A stretch of DNA of 64,000 nucleotides, taken from Hyalangium minutum. GTDB lineage: Bacteria > Myxococcota > Myxococcia > Myxococcales > Myxococcaceae. The stretch is taken from NCBI RefSeq assembly GCF_000737315.1, contig NZ_JMCB01000001.1:496001-560000 (forward strand). The letters are read 5' to 3'. The position numbers and the translations under genes are program-made. The notes under the pieces are model-generated. The model did no database searches. It saw only the letters and a list, made by a program, of their open reading frames with translations, and had not been told where the DNA came from. This document shows, piece after piece, positions 10,624 through 20,800 of this stretch (the stretch's first letter is position 1; each line of letters begins with the position of its first letter).

Positions 10624-12990
10624 TCACGTCTCCTCTTCCAGCGATGGCTTCCAGTAAAGCTCGAAGAGTCCTCCCAGGAAGAACTTCCCGAAGCGGGCCA
10701 CCGCCGACACCTGATCCTGCACGCTCAGCGCATGGGTCACCCGGAAGGTGGAGACCTGACGCGCGAAGTCATCCACCGAGATGCGCACGATGCCCTTGTA
10801 GGCCACCGGCGCGTCCGGCGAGTCGCCACGCCGCAGCGTGATGAACAGGGTGGTGGTGTCCTCCCAGAAGTCGATGCCCGGATCGTCCGTGAGCTGCTTG
10901 TAGCCCTCGAAGAGGAAGCGCTCGCCGGACTCGGATCGCAGGTGGAGCGTGTAGCGCAGCTGCTTGTACCCGGGCCGATTCGGGTCCTCCACCAGCACAT
11001 TGAGCGTGCCGTGCGTCACCATCAGCGGCTTGGCAGACAGCCCCGGCGCCTCGATGCAGCCCGTCACCGCCATGGGGTGGCGCGAGTCCGCCAGCATGGC
11101 GTTCAAGTCCTCCACCAGCACGGTGATGACGAAGCGCAGCGAAGAGGCCCCCGGGCGATCCGGATTCGCCGCCGCCTGGTACGGCTCGTCCACAGCGGTC
11201 GAGATGGTACCGCGCAGGGTCTCCGTGAAGCGCAGGCCCAGAGGCTCCTGAGGCGGCAATTGCTGCGGCGCCTGCATCGGCGCGTAGTCGATGTGCCACC
11301 CGTGGCGCCGGGCCAGCCGCGCCACGAAGCGCTCGGACACCGCGGAGATGGTCAGCAGCGGGTTGGCGCCGATGGAGCGGGGAATGACCGCGCCGTCGCA
11401 GACGTAGAGCCCCTCGTGGATCTCGGTGCCCTTCTCTCCCGAGAAGACGCGGCCCTCGTGGTCCACCACGCCACCCTCGGCGTCATCCGCCATCACACAG
11501 CCACCCAGCGGGTGGGTAACGAGCAGGGCGTTGTCCAGCAGCCGGGCACTCACCGGGTTGCGCACGAAGGTGCCCCCGAGCGCCTCCACGGCCTTGTAGA
11601 TCTTCTGCTCCGCGCGCAGGTAGCCCTCCTGGCGCCCCGCGCCGGGCCACACCGCGCGCAGCCCGTCTCCCTCCAGCCGCAGCTCCCCTCCCCCATCGTC
11701 GTGCGTCATGGCGAAGAGCGTCTGCGTGTTGCGAACGGCTCCGTGGTAGGGCCCGCGGACCAGGCTCTCCGCCACACGGGCGTTCTCCTGAAGTCCGTCG
11801 ATGAAGCCCTCATCCGTGTCCTGGCCGAGCACGGGGGCCACGGCCGCGAAGAGCGCGGGCAGGGAGCCGCCCAGCGCCGCGGGCACCGCCCCCTCTTCGA
11901 TGACCATGCCCTCATCGACGTGCTCAGTGCCACGCATGTCGATGATGCCGGTGATGGAGGGGCCCACGGGCTCGGCGTTCTTCACCTCGTGGTCCCCGTA
12001 GCTCACCGCGTTCACCGGCACGTCCAGGTTGTACCCGAACGCCATCACGTCCCCGTTGCCGGAGAAGTGCTTGCCCACCTCGTTCGACACGGACAGCCCC
12101 GCCGCCCGCGAGCGCAGGAGGATCTCCGTGGAGCCCAGCGTGCCCGCCGCCAGCACCACATGGTCCGCGGTGAGGAACTGGAGCGGCGCGTCGAACAGCT
12201 CGCGCCCCATGCCCACCAGCCGGTAGTAGACGCGCCAGTGGCCCTGCCCCCGCTCCACATGGTGCACGGCCACCTGGGAGAACAGCTCCGCGCCGTGGTG
12301 CTGCGCGTCCGGCAGGTAGTTCATCTGCAGCGTGTTCTTCGCCCCGACGTTGCAGCCCGTGGCGCAGTCGCCGCACAGGGTGCAGCCCTTCAGCCGGACT
12401 CCAGCGGCGTTGACGCTCTCCTTCCAGCTCACCGCCAGCGGCAGGCGGTAGAACTTGCCGCCCGTCTTCTCCGCCGAGCGCTCCAGCGCCTCCAGCTTGC
12501 GCAGCGGCGGGTGCGTCTCCGGGTAGGGCTGGGGGTTCAGCGTCCGCTCCACGTGGGTGAAGCAGTCCTCCAACATCCCCGCGCGCAGATCCTCGCGGAA
12601 CCCGGTGGGCCAGCTGTCCTCATCCAGCACGCGTGGATCCGGCCGCAGCACCACGCCCGCGTTGATGAGAGAGGTGCCGCCCAGGCCACAGCCGGTGACG
12701 ACGGCCAGGTCACCCAGCAGGTGCAGCGAGAGCATCCCCGTGGGAGAGCCGACCTTCAGCTTCCCGAGCAGCGAGCCGCCAGGGCCCAGGAGCTGGGTCT
12801 CTCGCAGCAGCTGGGCGTTGGTGCGCGGAAACTCACCGGGCAGCCGCTCCTTCCCGCGCTCCAGCACACAGACCTTCTGGCCTGCGCGGGCCAGCCGGGA
12901 CGCGGTGATCGCGCCCCCATAGCCCGAGCCCACCACGACCACGGGCCAGTGCCCACCCAACCTCTCCACAGGAGACGACAGTCGCCGCAT
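10624..12990 (-). CDS. GMC family FAD oxidoreductase, cholesterol-oxidase-like, with C-terminal extension
   Basis: VVVGSGYGG FAD motif, GCGLGGTSLINA, CTLCGDCATGC, THPLGGC and GANPLLTI. Confidence 0.88.
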   Translation of the reverse strand: MRRLSSPVERLGGHWPVVVVGSGYGGAITASRLARAGQKVCVLERGKERLPGEFPRTNAQLLRETQLLGPGGSLLGKLKVGSPTGMLSLHLLGDLAVVTGCGLGGTSLINAGVVLRPDPRVLDEDSWPTGFREDLRAGMLEDCFTHVERTLNPQPYPETHPPLRKLEALERSAEKTGGKFYRLPLAVSWKESVNAAGVRLKGCTLCGDCATGCNVGAKNTLQMNYLPDAQHHGAELFSQVAVHHVERGQGHWRVYYRLVGMGRELFDAPLQFLTADHVVLAAGTLGSTEILLRSRAAGLSVSNEVGKHFSGNGDVMAFGYNLDVPVNAVSYGDHEVKNAEPVGPSITGIIDMRGTEHVDEGMVIEEGAVPAALGGSLPALFAAVAPVLGQDTDEGFIDGLQENARVAESLVRGPYHGAVRNTQTLFAMTHDDGGGELRLEGDGLRAVWPGAGRQEGYLRAEQKIYKAVEALGGTFVRNPVSARLLDNALLVTHPLGGCVMADDAEGGVVDHEGRVFSGEKGTEIHEGLYVCDGAVIPRSIGANPLLTISAVSERFVARLARRHGWHIDYAPMQAPQQLPPQEPLGLRFTETLRGTISTAVDEPYQAAANPDRPGASSLRFVITVLVEDLNAMLADSRHPMAVTGCIEAPGLSAKPLMVTHGTLNVLVEDPNRPGYKQLRYTLHLRSESGERFLFEGYKQLTDDPGIDFWEDTTTLFITLRRGDSPDAPVAYKGIVRISVDDFARQVSTFRVTHALSVQDQVSAVARFGKFFLGGLFELYWKPSLEEET

Positions 12991-13010
12991 TGTGTGTCTT
13001 CACGAGCCGC

Positions 13011-13679
13011 TTATCGGCTCGTCCACCAGTTCTTGAACTGCTTCCAGGAGATCTTCCCGGTGCGATCGGTATCGATGATATCGAAAGCAATCGCCAGTTC
13101 CTCGTCGGTGATGTTCTGGCCCAGGGCCTCGAGCAGGCGAGCAAACTCGGCCTGTTCGATGGAGCCGGTCCGGTTGCGGTCGTACTTCTGGAAGATGTCG
13201 AGCAGCTCGTTGCCGGAGCTGGTCAGGTCATCCACAGCCGCGTGCTCGGGAGCCAGCGGCTGAATGCCCGCCGAGGTCGTCTCGACGGTCTCCTCCTCGT
13301 CGGGGCGCTCGGTCTCCACGGTGGTGCGGGTGGGCTCGGTGGCCGTGACGATCGGGAGCTCCGCTTGCTGAGGAGCCTTGACCTTGGCCGCCGCCTTGGC
13401 CGCCGCCTTCTTGGCAGCGCCCTTCCGGACGGCCGCCTTCTTGGCTGCCTGGGGTGCTGCCTTCGGGGCCGCCTTCTTGGCCGCCGCCTTCTTCGGGGCT
13501 GCCTTCTTGGCCGCCGCCTTCTTGGCCGCCGCCTTCTTCGGAGCCTTCCCGGCGGCCTTCCGCGCGGGCTTGGCCGCCTTGCGGGCCGACTTCGCGGCCG
13601 CCTTCTTGGTAGTGGTCGTGCGCTTCGCGGTCTTCTTCTTCGCCGCAGCTGCCTTCTTGGCTGGCTTCTTCTTCGCCAT
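13011..13679 (-). CDS. Histone H1-like Lys/Ala-rich N-terminus fused to an EF-hand pair
   Basis: MAKKKPAKKAAAAKKK... with AAKK/AAPK repeats; EF-hands DRNRTGSIEQAE and DTDRTGKISWKQ. Confidence 0.85.
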   Translation of the reverse strand: MAKKKPAKKAAAAKKKTAKRTTTTKKAAAKSARKAAKPARKAAGKAPKKAAAKKAAAKKAAPKKAAAKKAAPKAAPQAAKKAAVRKGAAKKAAAKAAAKVKAPQQAELPIVTATEPTRTTVETERPDEEETVETTSAGIQPLAPEHAAVDDLTSSGNELLDIFQKYDRNRTGSIEQAEFARLLEALGQNITDEELAIAFDIIDTDRTGKISWKQFKNWWTSR

Positions 13680-13921
13680 CGTGACTCCCCTCCCGGAGTT
13701 GGCGCCGCATCGTAGCTGTCTGACGCCAGGAGCGTCAGGGATTCGATGCAGTGGCTGCTTCCCCTCGCGCGTCCCTGCTTCCCATCCGAAAGCACCCGCG
13801 TTCGGCTCAAACGCGAACTGTCTGGACAGGGACCTCCGCGCGGAGGCGGCTACCCCCTTGAGAGCCCGTATCCCCTTGGAAACTCTAGGGAGTTTGGGTG
13901 CACAGCGGCGCGATGCGGGCG

Positions 13922-13937
13922 TGGCAATGCCCTTGCA
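13922..13937 (+). promoter_or_regulatory. Sigma-54 (-24/-12) promoter
   Basis: TGGCAATGCCCTTGCA matches TGGCAC-N5-TTGCW with GG-N10-GC spacing; followed by RBS-like aggaaggag and ATG 13967. Confidence 0.65.
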
Positions 13938-13966
13938 CAAGGGGCCCGGCAGGAAGGAGCCCGCCC

Positions 13967-15472
13967 ATGTCCCGCATCGCGAACACCGAGGTCATCACCC
14001 CGAAGTCCCTGAGCGCCGAGGCACGCAGCCAGCTCATCGATGCCCTCTACGCCGTGCACTGCCAGATCTTCGATGGCGTGGAGCGGGAGTCCTTCGCCAG
14101 GTACGTGGTGGAGTCCAAGGCGGAGCACACATGGATTCAGCTCCATAAGAGCGTGGCCGGGGAGCTCGTGGGCTACTTCGCCCTGCACATCTTCGAGCGG
14201 CAGCTGAGCGGGGTGCCCACGGCGGTGTTCCGCGCGGAGGCGGGCACGCTGCGCGAGTACCGGGGCGGCAACGTGAACGCGCGCTTCGGGCTGGCGCTGG
14301 CGGTGCGCTACCTGCTGAAGAACCCGGGCCGGCGGGCCTACTACCTGGGCTCGCTGGTGCACCCGTCCAGCTACACGCAGTTCGCCAAGTACTGCGGCGA
14401 GGTGTGGCCGCGGCAGGACGCGCGGACGCCCCCGGAGCTGCAGACCTTCATGGAGGAGCTGGCCGCCGAGTTCGGCTTGGAGCAGGTGGACGTGACACGC
14501 CCCCTGGTGCGCAAGGTGGGCTGGAAGACGCGCGAGACGGAGGCGGAGCGCGAGTACTGGCAGCACTGCGACAAGCCCGCCGCTCGCTTCTTCATCGAGG
14601 CCAACCCGGGCTACGTGGAGGGCTCGGGCCTGGTGACGGTGGTGCCGGTGACGGCGGCCACGCTCCTGAGCATGCTGCGCACCCTGGCCGAGCGGAAGCT
14701 GCGCGCACCGGTGGACGCCGCCCTGTCGCTGGCGCGCAGGCTGCCGCTGAGTTCTCGGCTGTCCCGCGCGGAGCTCGTCCGCCAGTTGAAGGCCGCGGCG
14801 CTTTTCTCCTCGTTCGACGAGGCCACGCTCCGGGCAGTGGCGGCGCGCGCGCAGATCGTCCAGCTGCCCGCGGGGCGCTGCATCTTCCGCCAGGGCGACG
14901 CGAGCAACGAGCTGTACCTGCTGGCCCAGGGCGCCGCATACGTGATGGAGGGACGCGAGGAGCAGGTGGTGAACGAGCTGGGTAGCGGGGCCGTGTTCGG
15001 GGAGATCGCCATGCTGGCAGGTGAGCCGCGCTCGGCCACGCTGCGCACGGCCACCGCGTCCACGTTGGTGCGCATCCCTCGCGAAGTGCTACTGCCCCTC
15101 ATCGAGGCCGACACGGGCCTGCGCCAGGGTGTGTGGAGCACGTTCGCCGAGCGCCGCTTCGAGTCCCTGGTACGGGGCTCGGAGCGCTACGGGAAGCTGG
15201 GCCGCCAGGGGCGGCGATCGTGGCTACGGCAGGGAGAGCACCGCGAGCTGGCGCCGCAACAGGCACTCACCGTGGAGGCTGGCACGCACCTGCTGGTCCT
15301 GTCGGGCACGGTGGAGTTTGCCCACCCGGCACCGCAGGTGGCCGCCCCAGGCGCGTTGCTGCTCGAGGCGCAGCACTTCCTGCGGGTGGTGGCCCTGGAG
15401 ACGGCGCGCATCGTCCTCCTGCCTCGGGGCGTCGTGCCGGTGCACGAGGCCACCCTGGCGCAGGCCGCATGA
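13967..15472 (+). CDS. Cyclic nucleotide-binding domain protein with N-terminal GNAT-like domain
   Basis: cNMP motifs IFRQGD, LGSGAVFGEIAML and PRSATLR; N-terminal AEAGTLREYRGG resembles GNAT motif A. Confidence 0.8.
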   Translation: MSRIANTEVITPKSLSAEARSQLIDALYAVHCQIFDGVERESFARYVVESKAEHTWIQLHKSVAGELVGYFALHIFERQLSGVPTAVFRAEAGTLREYRGGNVNARFGLALAVRYLLKNPGRRAYYLGSLVHPSSYTQFAKYCGEVWPRQDARTPPELQTFMEELAAEFGLEQVDVTRPLVRKVGWKTRETEAEREYWQHCDKPAARFFIEANPGYVEGSGLVTVVPVTAATLLSMLRTLAERKLRAPVDAALSLARRLPLSSRLSRAELVRQLKAAALFSSFDEATLRAVAARAQIVQLPAGRCIFRQGDASNELYLLAQGAAYVMEGREEQVVNELGSGAVFGEIAMLAGEPRSATLRTATASTLVRIPREVLLPLIEADTGLRQGVWSTFAERRFESLVRGSERYGKLGRQGRRSWLRQGEHRELAPQQALTVEAGTHLLVLSGTVEFAHPAPQVAAPGALLLEAQHFLRVVALETARIVLLPRGVVPVHEATLAQAA

Positions 15473-15588
15473 AAAAGCCTCCGGTGGGGAGGTCCAGCCG
15501 CTGACGCCGTCAGGGCTCGCCTGGACCATGGGGCACACCTCGGCCCGGGTGTGCCCCCCTCACCGGAGCGCTCGCAGACTCCCGCCGA

Positions 15589-16140
15589 TCAGCTCAGAAG
15601 ACCGCCCAGCACTCCGCCCAGGCCGCCGCCACCGCTCGGCGTGCCCGAGCCTCCCCCGCCACCGCCCGCGAGCATCGGGACGACCGCGAGGACCTTGCTC
15701 ACCAGCCCGGGATCGAGCCGGGACTTGAGGAAGTTGAGGACGATCGGAGCAATCAACGTCGCCTTACTCGCGTCGATGTTGAAGCGCTGCGCCAGCGACA
15801 CCAGCGCCGCAACTTCCCCGGCTTGGGAAGCCGCTCCGCCCAGCGCGCCCATCAGCCCGCCCAGGCCGCCACCCGCGCCGCCCTGAGAAGGTGCTCCGCC
15901 CATCAGCCCGCCGAGCGCGCCCATCAGCCCGCCGCCCGCATCGCCCGCAGGAGCCTGAGCCTGGGCCGCCTGCTGCCAGCCGCTCAGCTCGGGAACGGCC
16001 TGGGCCACCTGCCCGGCGGCGTCATCCCCCAGCTTCTCCTTCACGGCGCCCTGCACGAGCCCGAGCACGGAGCCCGCCAGCCCCTGCGCCTGCTGCGGAT
16101 TCACTCCGAGCTGCTGCGTCAGCTGTCCGATCAGATCCAT
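15589..16140 (-). CDS. Gly-rich hypothetical protein (DUF2780/DUF937-like)
   Basis: MDLIGQLTQQLGVNPQQAQGLAG N-terminus and GGLMGALGG repeats. Confidence 0.7.
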   Translation of the reverse strand: MDLIGQLTQQLGVNPQQAQGLAGSVLGLVQGAVKEKLGDDAAGQVAQAVPELSGWQQAAQAQAPAGDAGGGLMGALGGLMGGAPSQGGAGGGLGGLMGALGGAASQAGEVAALVSLAQRFNIDASKATLIAPIVLNFLKSRLDPGLVSKVLAVVPMLAGGGGGGSGTPSGGGGLGGVLGGLLS

Positions 16141-16154
16141 GGTGTCCCCTCGGG

Positions 16155-17639
16155 TTACTGCTGCGTCGCCACCGGGTTCGGCCCCACCCAGCGGGCCTCG
16201 CGGCTGAAGGCCTGGTCCTTTGCCTCCTCGGGGCTGACCGTTCCCTTATCGTTCACCGTGTTCTTCGTCATGGTGATCATGAACACCGTGGAGCTGCCCT
16301 GCCCCGCGATGATCACCGACCAGCCCAGGAACACCATCCACATCCGGAACCAACGCTGGCCGTACTTCGCCACGATCGCCGCCTCGTTCCGCTTCCAGTT
16401 CTCGTACCACTTGCGGATCGTCAGGCCGTAGTGCACCCCACAGTTCTCCACCCGGTGCACCTCGAACTCAGCGCGCTCCGCCTGGTTGATGACGAAGCCC
16501 AGCGGGCAGCTCGCGTCCGCTCCCGGGAAGATGTACTTGCCCATGAAGAGGCCCCACACCAGGTCCTCGAACTGCCACGGGCGCCGCAGGCCGGCGATCT
16601 GCAGATAGAAGATGCCGTCGTCCTTCAGCATCCCCTTCACCTGCAGCAGGAACTTCTGGAAGTTCTTGATGCCGACGTGCTCGGCCATCTCCAGACAGGT
16701 GATCTTGTCGTACTTCTCCACCGGCAGGTTGCGGTAGTCGTCCACCAGCACCCGCACCCGATCCGCCACCCCGTTGTCCGCGGCGCGCTTGTTCGCCCAG
16801 TCTGCCTGCTCCTGGGCCAGCGTGATGCCCGTGCTGTGCGTGCCGAAGTTCTTCGCCGCGTGCACGATGAGCGGGCCCCAGCCACAGCCAATGTCCAGGT
16901 GCTTCTCGCCCGGCTTCATCTGCACGTACTTGCAGACCGTCTCCAGCTTGCGCTCCTGCGCCACCTCGAGCGACTCGTCCGGGCTCCGGAACATGCCGCT
17001 GGTGTACGTCATCGTCGGCCCGAGGAACCAATTGTAGAAGTCGTTGCCGCGGTTGTAGACGTGGGCGATGTCGCCGCGATCCGACTCGATGCTGTGCGTG
17101 ACGTTCTGCCCGAGGAACTCGCGGAAGTAGAACTTCACATCCCCCCACGTGAAGCAGAAGCGGAACAACTGGTTACGGCGCAGCAGCGTCTCGTGGACGT
17201 CCTGCTTGAAGTCCAGCTTCTCGGCCATGTAGGCCTCGTAGAGGATCTCCATGGGGATCTTCTTCCCCGTCCACTTCGCCGCCTCCTGCGGATCGCGCCA
17301 GCTGACGTACTGCTCCCACTTCGCCGTGCCATCGCTGGTCTGGTACGAGCGGTAGACCAGGTACAGCAGAGGCACCACCACGCCCAGCAGCGGCACCGCC
17401 AGCCAGCTGATGACGAACACGGGCCAGCCGCGGTTGAGGATGAGCGTCATCACCGTGGCAAAGAGGGTCGGGATGAGGAGCAGGGTGAACCGGCTCTGCT
17501 CCATCAGCCACAGGATGAAGGAGAGGCCATGTCCCCGGCCCTTCTCGGCAGGGCGAACGAGGGAGAGAGGGGCCGCCTGATGTGTCGAGGGGCGGGGCTG
17601 GTCCGGCGTGGGCGTTGCAGTCGCGAGGGGCTGGGTCAT
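16155..17639 (-). CDS. CMAS/Cfa-family SAM methyltransferase with N-terminal membrane anchor, resembling fungal sphingolipid C9-methyltransferase
   Basis: LDIGCGWG, YTSG, ITCLEMAEHVG, FYLQIAGLR, EDLVWGLFMGKYIFPGADAS; two N-terminal hydrophobic segments. Confidence 0.85.
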   Translation of the reverse strand: MTQPLATATPTPDQPRPSTHQAAPLSLVRPAEKGRGHGLSFILWLMEQSRFTLLLIPTLFATVMTLILNRGWPVFVISWLAVPLLGVVVPLLYLVYRSYQTSDGTAKWEQYVSWRDPQEAAKWTGKKIPMEILYEAYMAEKLDFKQDVHETLLRRNQLFRFCFTWGDVKFYFREFLGQNVTHSIESDRGDIAHVYNRGNDFYNWFLGPTMTYTSGMFRSPDESLEVAQERKLETVCKYVQMKPGEKHLDIGCGWGPLIVHAAKNFGTHSTGITLAQEQADWANKRAADNGVADRVRVLVDDYRNLPVEKYDKITCLEMAEHVGIKNFQKFLLQVKGMLKDDGIFYLQIAGLRRPWQFEDLVWGLFMGKYIFPGADASCPLGFVINQAERAEFEVHRVENCGVHYGLTIRKWYENWKRNEAAIVAKYGQRWFRMWMVFLGWSVIIAGQGSSTVFMITMTKNTVNDKGTVSPEEAKDQAFSREARWVGPNPVATQQ

Positions 17640-17807
17640 GGGCCCGCCTCTTAGCCGCCCAGGGCGAGAAAGCAACAAGGAGGGCCTTCAAAACCCAGAA
17701 GTTGCCGAGGCCTGCCCCTACTCCAGCGCCCCATCTCCAGGTAGAAGCCAGGAACGTTCCTGGGCCCCTCCCTCTCCCCGGCACAACTGAATATGCACAC
17801 TCAATGC

Positions 17808-20800
17808 ATGCCTTGGCGTCTGCTCTCCGTGCTCGTCTGGGCTCTGGGGCTCTTGCCAGCCGCGTCCGCCCAGGCCGCCCAGGTCCCCGTGGCCAATCCG
17901 GGCTTCGAGGCGCTTGCAGGCTCGGGGCTGCCCACCGGCTGGTCCGTGACAGGACCCGGCCAGGTGAGCGCCACCCCCTCTGTGCACGCCGAGGGAAGCC
18001 GGAGCCTCTCCATCCAGAACCCTCCCGGCGGCGCGGAGACCACCGTCGAGTCCGAGCCCCTGAAGCTCCAGGTCGGCCGCCTCTACCGCCTCAGCGCCTG
18101 GGCCCGCGCCCGCGGCGTGCAGGCCGACCCCACCGCGCGCTACCCCACCGCCGTGGGCGCCTGCCTGGCCATGAAGAGCTTCCCCTTCACCAACTGCACC
18201 CCCATTCCCAGCACCGAGCAGGGCGGCCGCGTCTCCGCGTTCTTCTTCGCCCCCCAGAGCACGGACCGTGTGCAGGTGAACCTGGGCCGCAACGGCAAGG
18301 CCACGGGCACCCTCTGGGTGGATGACGTGCGGCTCGAGGAGGTGGACGACATCACCGCGTATCTCCCCCTGGAGTCCGTGCGCTGGGCCGGCAAGGGCTT
18401 CCGCTATGACGAGGGCGGGTGGATCTTCGTCCACATCGAGGGCGAGCCCTACGAGCGCGGCCGCCAGTACGGCGAGCTCGTCGCCCCGGAGCTCGCCCGC
18501 TACATCGACAAGCTCGGGGTGCAGATGGACAAGGAGGATCCGGCCAGCGGCTGGGCCCGAGTCCGGCTGATGGCGGACTCGCTCTTCCTGCGCAAGTTCG
18601 ACACCGAATTCCTCGAGGAGATGCGCGGCATCGCGGACGGCGCCACCAAAGGCGGCGCCAAGGTCAAGGAACGCGCTTCGGACTCCGCCAGTGAGGAACG
18701 GAGCGGGCTCAAGGAGCGTGCGGTGGATCTGCTGGACATCGTCGCCCTCAACTCGGCGGTGGACCTGAGCTCGCTGGAGTCCGCCAACCAAGTGACGGCC
18801 ACACCGCTGTCCGGCCGCATCTTCACCTCCGGCGAGGAGGAGGCCGAGCGCGCCGGCAAGGGGGACCACTGCTCCTCCTTCGTCGCCACCAGGTCCGCCA
18901 CCCCGGATGGCCGCGTCATCATGGGCCACATCTTCATGTGGAACAGCTACACCGGCGTGCACTGGGACGTGGCGCTGGACGTGCAGCCCAGCCGCGGCCA
19001 CCGCTTCGTCATGCAGACGTTCCCCGGCGGCATCCACAGCGGCGCCGACTGGTACATCAACGACGCGGGGCTCGTCGTCGCGGAGACGACCGTGGGCCAG
19101 ACGCCCTTCAACCCCAACGGCACGCCCCAGAGCAACCGCATCCGCAAGGCCGTCCAGTACGCCTCCTCCATCGAGGAGGCGGCCCGCATCATGAAGGACA
19201 AGAACAACGGGCTCTACAGCAACGACTGGGTGATGGCGGACACCAAGACGGACGAGGGGGCCTGCCTCCTGCTCGGCACCGAGAAGGCGAAGCTGTGGCG
19301 CACCGGCGGTAAGGGCATCGCCTCGGACACGCCCGGCAACCTCAAGGACTTCATCTGGGCCAACAACAACAACCGGGACCTCGAGGTCCGCAAGGAGTAC
19401 GTGCCCAACCCTAACAACGCCCCGGTGGACCTCGCCTTCAACACCTGGAACCGGGACATCGCCTTCTCGCGCTTCTATGAGAAGTACGGCCACGGCGGCA
19501 TCACCCTGGACTCCGCCATCCGGCTGCTGGCCTCCAGCCCCATCAACCGCCCCCACGCCTCGGATGGGAAGGTCACCACCAGCGAGATGAGCGAGAAGCT
19601 CATGTTCCTGGCGCACTATGGCAAGACGACGCTGCGCGAGAAGATGGTGGGCAGCCGCTTCATTCCTCCGCTCCCGGGCGCCACGCCCCACCTCTCCCTC
19701 GGCTACACCGCCTTCAGCCCTCTCTATGTGGCGGACCGGCTCAAGGCCGCCCGCACGTCCTTCAAGCCCGAGCCCGAGCTGAAGGAGCCTCCGCGCGAGC
19801 TGGGCAAGCTCAAGGATGCGCTCTCCTTCGATAAGGCGCTGCTGTGGTCCAACACCGTGTTCCCCTCGACGGAGGGGGAGAACTGGCTGGTGAGTGGCTC
19901 GGCCGCCTACTGGAGCCTCCTGAAAGCCCTGCCCGAGGGCCCGGAGAAGGCTGAGAAGGCCTTCGAGCAACAGCGCGACACCCTGGCGGAGCTCAACACC
20001 CGCTTCCTCATCATCACCGGACGCGAAGGGGACCTGCCCGCCGTGGCCGCTCGCACCACCTATGATCGCTATGGCACCTACCTGGTGCCGCGCATGAAGG
20101 GCACCTTCCTGCTGCACCAGCTCCGGCTGCTGCTGGGCAACAAGGCCTTCTCCCAGCTCATGCAGACCGCCCACGCGCGCTATGCCAGCCGGCCCATCAC
20201 CACCGCGGACTTCGTCAAGACCGCCTCCGCCTCGGCGGGGCGCGACTTGAAGCCCTTCATCTCCCAGTGGCTGGAGCGCGGCGGGCTGCCCCAGCCTCGC
20301 ATCCAGTCCCGATTCACCCCGGCCAAGGACGGCTACGACGTGACGCTCAAGGTGGAGCAAGCGGACACGCCCTACCACTTCGTCACCACCGTGGAGTTAT
20401 GGACCGAGAAGGCCCGCCTCCTCGAGCGCGTCGAGGTGAAGGGCTCCAGCGACACCTTCACCTTCCACACCGCGGACAAGCCCGTGCGCGTGGTGTTCAA
20501 CCCCTCCTATGACATCCCCGTGCCCCGCGAGCGCTACTACACGCTGGGCCAGCAGCTGGAGGAGTTCGACCGCCTCACGTTCGTCCACGGCACCGCCCGG
20601 CAGGTGGAGTCCATGCGGACACTGGTCCTGAACTACCGCGAGGCCATGGCGGATGCCTCCGTAGAGGTGCTCCCGCCCCTCAAGCCGGACGCCGAGGTCA
20701 CCGATCAAGAGCTGGCCGAGAGAGACCTCGTCCTCTTCGGCGGGGCCGAGGACAACACGTTGGTGGCGCGGCTGGCAGCCGAGAAGAAGCTGCCGGTGGA

